From positions 33,164 through 97,163 of IMG/VR virus record IMGVR_UViG_3300025508_002497: DNA of 64,000 nucleotides. The stretch is one strand, 5' to 3'. The DNA comes from a virus. A model generated the notes under the pieces. The model was given only the letters and a program-made list of their open reading frames with translations, was not told the DNA's origin and made no database searches. A program made the translations under genes and the position numbers. Positions 18,300 to 26,965 of the stretch are shown one piece after another; within the stretch, counting starts at the first letter, position 1, and the number at the start of each line of letters is the position of its first letter.

Positions 18300-19976
18300 T
18301 TAGAAAAGACCACTATCATTGGTATTCTGATCAGAATACCATCTATCTTTTCCATCCCAAACGCTGTCTTCTCCACCAGCATCACTAATAAATCCAAAGG
18401 GAGACATATCTTCTTCTAATTGTTCTATGTCTTCTTTGTATATATCTGTTCTAACGTCAACGTCTGTGAGGTTCTTGAAATACTCTTGTCGTGTGAGCCA
18501 CCCAAACAACACTAAACACATCACCAAATCGTCGTGGTGTCCATCATCTGCCTCATATGACTGTTTTTTTGCCACAAACGTGGTGAGTTCTCCCACGATT
18601 TCTTGATCTTCTACTAGTAGTTTGTCTTCTTCTATAAGACTCTTCAACACAGAACAGCCTAGTTTCTTGACCACCTGTGATGTCCGAACACCAAACTGAA
18701 CTGTTCCCTTACCGAAACCACCACTAATGGTCTGTCCCTTTCTGCCTTGGTGGGAACACATCAACACGTTTTCATACTCAAGATCTGAGTACAAAACGTC
18801 TGCTACCTGACCACCGATATCGTTAATCTCAACCAGGCAGAATGCGTTGTTATACTGCTCTGCTAGTCTCTTAACGACGGTTGGGTAAACCATAGGTGAA
18901 ATAAGGTTGTTTCTAAAGCGTGCTACAACTTTATATGGGGGATTTGTTATGTCAATCACACAGAACGCACTGTAGTCCTTTCCCTGACCTCTGGAGGTAT
19001 CCACAGTGATCACATAGGTATGTCCCTCTACAGGATCATCATAAACACAAAGTCCATCTGCGTTTTTGATCTTAGGCTTCACCCAAGCAAGGGAGTGAAT
19101 CTTGTGTGAGGATATCAAGGTGTTACTGGAGCCGATGAAGTCACACTCAAACTCTGACTGGAACTGCTGCTCGCTGGTGTTGGCAATGGTTTCATTCATC
19201 CATGCCTCATCACGGAGAGGACCGCCTGGATACTTAGGAACCTGAGACCAATGGACCTCGATCGGAATATATTCATTCTTTCCAGACTCTCCCACCTCCT
19301 TGATGGCGTGCTTCCAATAATGATAGAACATGTTCAGTCCATTTGGAGTGGATACCATAAGCACCTTTGTGTTCTGTCCAGATGTCACGGTGGGATATAC
19401 AGAACTAAAGAACTCTTCGGCAATATTATTTGGAACGTGAGCAAATTCGTCAAGGAAGATCATGTTAAACGAACCACCACGAATGGCAGATGATGATGTA
19501 GCAGAAGCAAGAACCTTGGATCCATTCTCTAGAATGATAGATCCCTTGTTCCATTCCACAATCCCTTGCTGTAGCCATAGGGGTAGATACTCGTATGCAA
19601 GTTTAAGACGAGATAGAATCTCGCGGGAGGTAGCCTGCTTGTTGGCGAGAATACCAACAGTCATTGACTGGTTGAATAAAATGTAGTGGAGAATGTAGGA
19701 TACAATCGTGGTTGATTTACCGCTCTGTCTCGGTAATTTGGCAATCACAAAACGATTATTGTGAACCTTATTGATAATATCTTCTTGATAATCGTAGAGT
19801 TCAAATGGAATCAAACCCTCATCTAGAGAGACAACCTTAACATACTCTTTGATAAAGTAGTTTGGATCTTGGGCACACTTCATGTACTCTTTGACTTGCT
19901 TTTTTGTAAAGTTCTGTTCACGCCCCGACTCTTTTAAGTTGGGGTTTCCCAGATAACCACTTTTCTTATCCGTCAT
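18300..19976 (-). CDS. gp17: Terminase large subunit
   Basis: YLGNPNLK, PRQSGKST, IFLDEFAH, STPNG.N.FY, DDLVMCLV. Confidence 0.98.
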   Translation of the reverse strand: MTDKKSGYLGNPNLKESGREQNFTKKQVKEYMKCAQDPNYFIKEYVKVVSLDEGLIPFELYDYQEDIINKVHNNRFVIAKLPRQSGKSTTIVSYILHYILFNQSMTVGILANKQATSREILSRLKLAYEYLPLWLQQGIVEWNKGSIILENGSKVLASATSSSAIRGGSFNMIFLDEFAHVPNNIAEEFFSSVYPTVTSGQNTKVLMVSTPNGLNMFYHYWKHAIKEVGESGKNEYIPIEVHWSQVPKYPGGPLRDEAWMNETIANTSEQQFQSEFECDFIGSSNTLISSHKIHSLAWVKPKIKNADGLCVYDDPVEGHTYVITVDTSRGQGKDYSAFCVIDITNPPYKVVARFRNNLISPMVYPTVVKRLAEQYNNAFCLVEINDIGGQVADVLYSDLEYENVLMCSHQGRKGQTISGGFGKGTVQFGVRTSQVVKKLGCSVLKSLIEEDKLLVEDQEIVGELTTFVAKKQSYEADDGHHDDLVMCLVLFGWLTRQEYFKNLTDVDVRTDIYKEDIEQLEEDMSPFGFISDAGGEDSVWDGKDRWYSDQNTNDSGLF

Positions 19977-20436
19977 CCTTTGGTTCATCCACTAGTTCAC
20001 TAACGATCTTCTTCGTGCTTCTATTGGCATTAATCAGGTTCTGTAACTCTGATGTTGATCCAATGAAGATTGAATTGTTAGTTGTTTCATTATTTTCAAC
20101 TTTGGTGACTTCAACATCCTTGACCTTCTTATGAATGTCAATAAGATCTTTGTTCACATCTGCAACAGTCTTGATGAGTTGTGCAACGACTTCATATGCC
20201 CGAGGATGCTCACCCTCTTCTGCTACGTTCATAATCCCCTGAATGGCGTCCTTACCGTTGTCGATAAGATCCATTAGGTTCTTTCGTGTAGCAAGATAGT
20301 CCTTCTTGAGATCAGGATCCTGAATATCCTTATGATCGACTTTGATCTCAGTTGGTTTTTTCTTTACTATCTCTTTCTTTTCTTTTTCTTCAAAATCCAC
20401 GCCTAACGCCTTTGCTAGATTTTTGTTGGGATCCAT
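19966..20436 (-). CDS. gp16: Terminase small subunit
   Basis: DY..TRKNL, HPRAYEVVAQLIK, NNSIFIGSTSELQ. Confidence 0.94.
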   Translation of the reverse strand: MDPNKNLAKALGVDFEEKEKKEIVKKKPTEIKVDHKDIQDPDLKKDYLATRKNLMDLIDNGKDAIQGIMNVAEEGEHPRAYEVVAQLIKTVADVNKDLIDIHKKVKDVEVTKVENNETTNNSIFIGSTSELQNLINANRSTKKIVSELVDEPKDDG

Positions 20437-20444
20437 AATAATTC

Positions 20445-21269
20445 CTATCCATAAGTGGGACCAATGTAGTTCCCGTAAGTATCTATCGCTCCAGTTACGC
20501 CGTAGTTTCCTAGTTCATAGTTATACTCATATGTGTCGAAGGTAGAACCTGAAGTATATCCTGAGATACCACCAGAAACACCTGTCTCGAAGAACTCCAT
20601 AGCACCAGACTTTCCTGTGATATAGTTCCAACTGCGAACATTGGTATCACTAATGAGTTTACCTGTTTTCTCTGGTCCGTAGATATATGTTTTTGCTGTG
20701 AAGTCGAATGTTAATAGAATATTTCTACGAGTATCAAAATCACCATCGTAGTCTTCTGCCAAAGTTGTGTCATTAAGAACAATAGGAATATCTACCTTCT
20801 TAAATAAATCGGTGAAGTTTACTGTGATGGTAAAATCTGGGGAGAACATTGGAAGAATCTGTTCCATAATCTGGAATCCATCATCCATATTTCTAACCAT
20901 AGCATACAAAGAAAATGTTATATTATATGGCACTTCTGAATATGAAAATGTAGTATTTCCATTTGTGTCTGTGGCAGTGCAAGTTCGATTTAATCTATTC
21001 TTTGCTCTAGTTGGATCATATGATATAGCAGTAATCTCAAAGGACATTCGAGGTAATGTTATTTCTACTGTGGTTTGATTTTCATTGATACTACTAGGCT
21101 GATCTAGTCTCATCAAAAACTTTTCTGATGGACCATAAGCAAGAGGAACTCTAATACGATCGATTTGTGTTCCTTCGTTGTTTACACGGCGAATAACAAT
21201 ATTGTCGAATAGACTACCAAATCCAACAACCAGTTTTCTTACCGCAGCGTTATAATAAGTGCTAAACAT
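20445..21269 (-). CDS. gp15: Proximal tail sheath stabilizer
   Basis: RKLVVGFGSLFDNI, VPLAYGPSEKF, LPRMSFE, QIMEQILPMFSP. Confidence 0.95.
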   Translation of the reverse strand: MFSTYYNAAVRKLVVGFGSLFDNIVIRRVNNEGTQIDRIRVPLAYGPSEKFLMRLDQPSSINENQTTVEITLPRMSFEITAISYDPTRAKNRLNRTCTATDTNGNTTFSYSEVPYNITFSLYAMVRNMDDGFQIMEQILPMFSPDFTITVNFTDLFKKVDIPIVLNDTTLAEDYDGDFDTRRNILLTFDFTAKTYIYGPEKTGKLISDTNVRSWNYITGKSGAMEFFETGVSGGISGYTSGSTFDTYEYNYELGNYGVTGAIDTYGNYIGPTYG

Positions 21270-22186
21270 CAGTAGTTACCCTCCGAGAATGGATCGGTTT
21301 CTGAGAAGTCTAACACACCTTGTTTCTCTACACCAAATGTATCGGCATCTCCATCTGGAGTATCTGTTACGACATTTTCTGGTACGACAAGATTTGTTAA
21401 TGTGCTTCCTGTTAGATAGTATTCTGTACCCGACTTTTCACCTTGAATACTTTGCGTAGCACCGACAACGAATGGAGTTTTACTTATACTAGACACAGTT
21501 AACGTGCTTGTATCAAGTGACCAACCAACAATAGTTCCTGTTGATGTGGCTTGTCCTAGTGTTGCTCCTGTGATTCCAGCAGCCTGGAAAACTGTTTCAC
21601 CCAAGTAGAATCCAGATCCTTCGGTTACTGCGGTGCTTACGGTAAACTCTGTGGCATATTCCTTCGTGTTTGTCATCTCGTCTGGACCACAAACACCAGT
21701 ATCGAACTTCTCTAGTGAGTATGTGAAAAGTTCTGCTTGAAGTAAATAAGTTTGATTCTTACCTAACTGATAAAATGGATTTTCGTGTTCAACGAAGTTG
21801 ATTTCAAACAAATAGTTACCAAGAGGGAAGTAAATCAAATCACCTTCCCGTGGTCTTGATAGTGGCTCTAGGTTTCCAACCTCGTCCATAAACCTTCTTC
21901 TAGAAACAACCATTTCAACTTTATCTTTAATCTCCAGTCCATACTTTGCTAGAATATCACCTTCACCTTCAAAGCCATCAACGCTCTGTAGATACATTTC
22001 TATTTCATAAGTCTTATCAAACTGACTAAGAACATCTTCACCAAATAGTCTGTCCTTCTTCACATACTCTCGGGGAAGATATAGAACATCCATACCCATC
22101 GTTTTGATTGCTTCGATGGTTAGGTCTTCCATTAGATTTTGTTCAGTGGAAGTGCTTTTAAAGTTGAAGTATGGATTTGTTGCCAT
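21269..22186 (-). CDS. gp14: Neck protein
   Basis: EQNLMEDL..EAI, YLPRE, RPREGDLIYFP, FEINFVEHENPFYQLG, DFSETDPF. Confidence 0.95.
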   Translation of the reverse strand: MATNPYFNFKSTSTEQNLMEDLTIEAIKTMGMDVLYLPREYVKKDRLFGEDVLSQFDKTYEIEMYLQSVDGFEGEGDILAKYGLEIKDKVEMVVSRRRFMDEVGNLEPLSRPREGDLIYFPLGNYLFEINFVEHENPFYQLGKNQTYLLQAELFTYSLEKFDTGVCGPDEMTNTKEYATEFTVSTAVTEGSGFYLGETVFQAAGITGATLGQATSTGTIVGWSLDTSTLTVSSISKTPFVVGATQSIQGEKSGTEYYLTGSTLTNLVVPENVVTDTPDGDADTFGVEKQGVLDFSETDPFSEGNY

Positions 22187-22189
22187 TTA

Positions 22190-22996
22190 TTACCCTGTCA
22201 TGAAGTCGATAGGAAGTTCGTATTGTAATCTGATCTCTTCTTCAAGACGTTCGACCTCTTGCTCTGCTTGCTGGTATATCTCTCCACCCTTGAGACTGAC
22301 TCCGCCAGGTAACTGAATACCATCATACTTGAGCATGTTCATACCCCACTGCTTCTTCAACAAGGCAGTAAAGTATTTCTTCACCATTCGATCATTGAAA
22401 ATCTCAGTGAAGGTGTTTGGGTTCAGAGCGGCATACGCTTCAACTACAATATAGTCTCCAACAACCGCATCCGTAGACCAGTCCATATCGATGTGTAGTC
22501 TATTTGTAACCTTACTGAAACGTATAGCCTTATCTGGATTGAAGAAGTCATTGATCAGACTATTGTAACGTTTAAAGATATCATAAGAAGCAAGAGGTTC
22601 AGAACCTCCACCAAAGGCGTTTCCTGTGTTGATACCAAATACGTCGTTCAATGCCCACTGATAACGAACATCAAACATGTTTGATGAAGAAGATTCCATG
22701 CGGAAGATTCTAACCACAGAAACAATATCAGATCCATCAGGTCCATTTCCAGTAGGACCATCAACGGGTGGTAAAGACGTAGTTGAGATATATTCGTTAT
22801 CGATGTCAGTCTGTGTTATCTGATGTTTAAAGTAACATCGTTCAACACCATCAAAGTGTCGTTCGGTAAAATAATCCAACGCTTCGTCTAGTCGATCTTC
22901 TGCCTGCTGGTAATCTACATTGATTTCAACAACAGGCGCACCGAGTTTACGCATGGCATAATCAATCAACTGACTTCTGGATGCGGGTGATGCCAT
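22190..22996 (-). CDS. gp13: Neck protein
   Basis: PASRSQLIDYAMRKLGAPVVEINV, KKYFTALLKKQWG.N..KY.GIQLPGGV. Confidence 0.95.
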   Translation of the reverse strand: MASPASRSQLIDYAMRKLGAPVVEINVDYQQAEDRLDEALDYFTERHFDGVERCYFKHQITQTDIDNEYISTTSLPPVDGPTGNGPDGSDIVSVVRIFRMESSSSNMFDVRYQWALNDVFGINTGNAFGGGSEPLASYDIFKRYNSLINDFFNPDKAIRFSKVTNRLHIDMDWSTDAVVGDYIVVEAYAALNPNTFTEIFNDRMVKKYFTALLKKQWGMNMLKYDGIQLPGGVSLKGGEIYQQAEQEVERLEEEIRLQYELPIDFMTG

Positions 22997-23002
22997 TAAA
23001 AA

Positions 23003-23042
23003 ATCTCCTATGTTCTAATGTATGTATAAGAACATAGGAGAT
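23003..23042 (-). promoter_or_regulatory. 14-bp perfect inverted repeat that sequesters the gp13 SD, with late promoter TATACATA in its loop
   Basis: Minus strand: ATCTCCTATGTTCT - TATACATACATT - AGAACATAGGAGAT, then the ATG of gp13. Confidence 0.7.
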
Positions 23043-23062
23043 CGTTTAGATTTTAGAAAGGT

Positions 23063-23605
23063 TTACTTTTTGTTTGTATCCAGAGGAGTTCCATTGACTG
23101 TCACATTAACACTATCAACATCTTTCATATCCATCTGTTCAATGTAATGTCTTCTAGTAATAGGAGATTTTGCCTCATCTGGTGATGATGGTTCATAGTT
23201 GGTAAATCCAGGCATCTTTAGAGGACATGATACCTTCGGATAATCAAGTTTACCATATTCATTTCCATCCGAAACTAACCATGTTTGTTTACGATCACCA
23301 CACCCACAACCACCGCAAAAACTTTCTTTAGGATTTACCTTACTTTGACGTAGGTATTCACATGGAGGTAGTTCACCTTTACCATGACAAGACAACACAC
23401 GGAGTTGCTTAGTCTTCTTATCAATCCTATTATTATTGATTCCTCTAGAAGCCATAGCCATAGCAAAGGAACCAACCATTCCTATTCTATCTTTAAGACT
23501 TTTCTTTGTTACATCTTTTGCAGGGGCAAACTTTACTTTTTTTTCGTTTGCTTTCTTCTTTGCTTTTTGTTTTTCGATTCGCTTGTTGATGTCATCCTTG
23601 GACAT
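23063..23605 (-). CDS. Hypothetical basic protein with a Cys cluster (putative Zn-binding)
   Basis: SCHG..PPCEYL...FCGGCGCG...SCPL; GGAG SD. Confidence 0.7.
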   Translation of the reverse strand: MSKDDINKRIEKQKAKKKANEKKVKFAPAKDVTKKSLKDRIGMVGSFAMAMASRGINNNRIDKKTKQLRVLSCHGKGELPPCEYLRQSKVNPKESFCGGCGCGDRKQTWLVSDGNEYGKLDYPKVSCPLKMPGFTNYEPSSPDEAKSPITRRHYIEQMDMKDVDSVNVTVNGTPLDTNKK

Positions 23606-23617
23606 AAAGAGACTCCA

Positions 23618-26600
23618 CTAGATAATAAAGGACATTCTGTTTAAGACTTGTTGAATAATACTCAGACTACTATAGTCTACACTACTATTTATACCAGTCA
23701 AGATTATTCTTATTTTTTCGGTATGTTGAATCCGATCAGCGTTTGTAATACCGCCAAAGATATATTCAAGTATCTTCTTGACACTAGCAGTATCACCCTC
23801 AACTGTATCTATTACATTACTCAGATCGATTGTTTCACAGTACACGGGGTTATCCCCTCTATTTTCAAAGTTACCAACGGCATTAAAGGTAGTATTGTTT
23901 AGATTAGTAAATCTAGTTATAGCAATAGTATCAGCCATCTTCTTTACAAAATCATCATAACCTGTTGCTTGAACATTATTGTTTCTGAAACTAAATCTGT
24001 TTAATGCAGGGTTTGTATCTGGAATCACTGCACCTGATATACTATCAGGAAGACTTCTAATCGTTCTGTTTGTTTGATTAGGTAATACAAACGAATCAAG
24101 AACAGTTGATGCAGTTACACAGTCATCTAGATTAATATAATCAATCGATGGACAAGAAGATAAATCTAAACTAGAAAGAGAACTATTTCTTTGTAGTTGA
24201 ACTTCAAGTAAGAAAGGCATATTGCTAAAGTCTAAAGTGTTGAAGTTACATCTCTGTGCATAGAATGTTTCCAGTTGTGGATATGATCCTGAGATGCTTG
24301 ATAGATTTTCATTATATCCTACTCTTAGATCCGCAAGATAAATACTATCATCTGCAAAAGTTAGGCTGCTCAGATTATTGTATGTGACATCTACACTTGT
24401 GATATTAGGGTTATTAGATAAGTTTAAAGTAGTAATCTCATTATCGCTCAGTGCAAGTCTTTCTAGTTTTGGACACCCAATAAGACTCAGTTCTTCTGTT
24501 AATCCACTTCTTCTAAAATCTAAAGCAGTTAGTTCTGGGAAGATTGCGACCTCGAAGTCAGTTTGTAACTCTTCATAAGAAGAACCTTGGAGTCCTAGTT
24601 GTCTTAGTTGATTCATTCCTATAAAGTTAACATACTTAATTTTTCTATTTTCTTCAGGAAGTCCAAATCCACCTGTCCAATAGAAACTAGGATAGTTCAA
24701 AATCAATCTAGTGATTGTATCACGGGGTTGATTTGTTTCTAACGTAACACCCTTAATCTCTCGTAATGTTTCTGAAGAGAATGGAATAGTAAATGGTTCT
24801 TGTTTATCTACTCTGAAGAAAAGTTGTTGTGAATCTTGAATAACAATATCATCTAAGAACGTTCCAGTTCCGTCTTCCAGAGCAGATACGATAAACGTTG
24901 TAAATGGTTCATTGGAATAGTTATACTTTAAATCACCGATGGGTCTACTATCAGTGTATATTTCTTCATTTTCAAACGGGCCACCTATATTGGGTGGATC
25001 AATGTAAGTAACCATGATATTCTTTGAGAAGTTTGTTTCATCATAATACGGAATAGCATCTACTGTGGGATCACCACAAGTAGATCCTGCCCATATATCT
25101 CGTTCATTTTGTCCGTCTTGTCTTGCAAAAACTCTCAAGGCTGTTTCAGTTGGTTCTTCATCAACAACACACTTACACGAAGCGGTTCCGAGATTTTCTT
25201 CTGGAGTTACTGGTTCTAGGAACGCTACCATACCACAATCTCTATTCGCACATGAAGTTCCAGGCCCGTGGAAAAATCCTTGCTGTCCTTGACACTCTAG
25301 ATAAGTTTTACCATCTAAACATGTATTTGCATCGGTGCAACAAGAACCTCGTTCTGTTGGTCTGGTTAATCCTACATCATCACAAGTCTGACAACCAGAA
25401 TGCCATTCACCGTGAATAAGTTCACAGTCTGGTTTTGTAAAGTTGTCGAGACAGGCGGTTTGTCTGCCTGTATTATACCTGTAGTTAGTTAGACTTCTAT
25501 TACTACCTGTGCCGTCAACATAAGTACCATCTTTTGTTGTACTGATCTCACATCTTCCTAGAGTGATATCTGAATCAAGATTTACTTCATTTCCACAACT
25601 AGGATCTGAACATTTTCTTCCGGGTCTCCACGTTACTTTTAACCTATTATTAATATCATTCTCATTCCAGTTGACGTTATTTTGTGCCTCTAATACTTGT
25701 AGATAATAATCACGCCTTCTTTGTAGGGCATTAAAACACTGAAACTCTGTTTTCATGTCACCACACTCTAGGTCTGGATTTCTTCCATCAGAAAGTACAG
25801 AGTCTTCGAGGCGACAAGAACCTGCTAAATATCTATCACCGATTCCACTTGGTTTAACGGTATCAAATAGTAATCCAGAAGCGGGAGCAGATCGTATATC
25901 ATCACAATAGATTCCAGGCCACCATTTTCCTTCTAACTGTGAACACTCTTCTGATGTTTTTGATTCGCAAAGATAATGTCCATTTGAGGTTGGATATTGA
26001 CAACCACCCCACATAGTTGCCTTACTTATATCACCATCAGTTGATGATATAATACCACCGGGACATTCTCCTGCGGTATTAACTAAAGTAACCCATACAG
26101 GTTCTTTTGAATATGTTGGACCGGGAGTTCCGTTCCATTTACCTGAAGTTGGTTCACCGCCTACATTTGAATCATAATAGTACTTTTTGGGAGTTGGTCT
26201 TGAACATACTAACTGTCCACCACCGAAGTTACCATTTGAATCTCTGTTCTGTTGTTGATCAGGGATTTCTCTTCGTCTTTCCTCTATAAATGTTCCTGTC
26301 CTACAATCATAATCGATAGAACAATCTGCATTGATGATCCACTCACCATTATTACGAGTAACACAATCTGCTTCTGTCATTTGACCAATACAAACTCCAG
26401 CCCTACAACAAGCACTGGTTTCTGTAATATTATTTAAGTTACCGCAAGGATTGGAGGCACACTGAAGTTCTGTTCCTGTTTGAATACCATCGTGAAATAC
26501 TCCACCAAGTGAGGCACAATAATCAGAGTTACAAGTGTCGAAGCAAGATCCATCACCGATGCAGCAGGCATATTTTTGATCTTTGATTGAAGATAGTTTT

Positions 26601-26956
26601 TCTCTTTCTACTTCGGTACAAACTCTACCCTCAAAAAACTCAGCATCAAAATTTTCTTGAGTTATACAATCTGCCTCTAAAATATTGTTAGTGCAACTAC
26701 TACACGTTTTACATGCTCCGTGTAAGTCTGAGTTTAATGGTGCTGGTGGTTTGATTGCATCACCGCCAGGACATCCTTGAACTTCACATGTAGAATCTTT
26801 ACCTCTAAAAATACCCAAGTCTCTTTTACAATCAAGGTACTTTACATTGTCTTCACAAACAAATGTATTATTAGTTTCATCTACGGTACAACAAGCGCCA
26901 ACATCGTTGCCGTTTGGTTGAATTGCTTTTGATCTTGTTCTAAACTCTATAGCCAT
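23618..26956 (-). CDS. Cys-rich (GACC/GSCC repeats) putative virion fibre or adhesin with C-terminal leucine-rich repeats
   Basis: Repeats such as GACCTV, YACCIG, SACCRA, GSCCTD; LRRs LERLALSDNEITTLNLSNNPNITSVDVTYNNLSSL. Confidence 0.7.
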   Translation of the reverse strand: MAIEFRTRSKAIQPNGNDVGACCTVDETNNTFVCEDNVKYLDCKRDLGIFRGKDSTCEVQGCPGGDAIKPPAPLNSDLHGACKTCSSCTNNILEADCITQENFDAEFFEGRVCTEVEREKLSSIKDQKYACCIGDGSCFDTCNSDYCASLGGVFHDGIQTGTELQCASNPCGNLNNITETSACCRAGVCIGQMTEADCVTRNNGEWIINADCSIDYDCRTGTFIEERRREIPDQQQNRDSNGNFGGGQLVCSRPTPKKYYYDSNVGGEPTSGKWNGTPGPTYSKEPVWVTLVNTAGECPGGIISSTDGDISKATMWGGCQYPTSNGHYLCESKTSEECSQLEGKWWPGIYCDDIRSAPASGLLFDTVKPSGIGDRYLAGSCRLEDSVLSDGRNPDLECGDMKTEFQCFNALQRRRDYYLQVLEAQNNVNWNENDINNRLKVTWRPGRKCSDPSCGNEVNLDSDITLGRCEISTTKDGTYVDGTGSNRSLTNYRYNTGRQTACLDNFTKPDCELIHGEWHSGCQTCDDVGLTRPTERGSCCTDANTCLDGKTYLECQGQQGFFHGPGTSCANRDCGMVAFLEPVTPEENLGTASCKCVVDEEPTETALRVFARQDGQNERDIWAGSTCGDPTVDAIPYYDETNFSKNIMVTYIDPPNIGGPFENEEIYTDSRPIGDLKYNYSNEPFTTFIVSALEDGTGTFLDDIVIQDSQQLFFRVDKQEPFTIPFSSETLREIKGVTLETNQPRDTITRLILNYPSFYWTGGFGLPEENRKIKYVNFIGMNQLRQLGLQGSSYEELQTDFEVAIFPELTALDFRRSGLTEELSLIGCPKLERLALSDNEITTLNLSNNPNITSVDVTYNNLSSLTFADDSIYLADLRVGYNENLSSISGSYPQLETFYAQRCNFNTLDFSNMPFLLEVQLQRNSSLSSLDLSSCPSIDYINLDDCVTASTVLDSFVLPNQTNRTIRSLPDSISGAVIPDTNPALNRFSFRNNNVQATGYDDFVKKMADTIAITRFTNLNNTTFNAVGNFENRGDNPVYCETIDLSNVIDTVEGDTASVKKILEYIFGGITNADRIQHTEKIRIILTGINSSVDYSSLSIIQQVLNRMSFII

Positions 26957-26965
26957 AATCTACCT

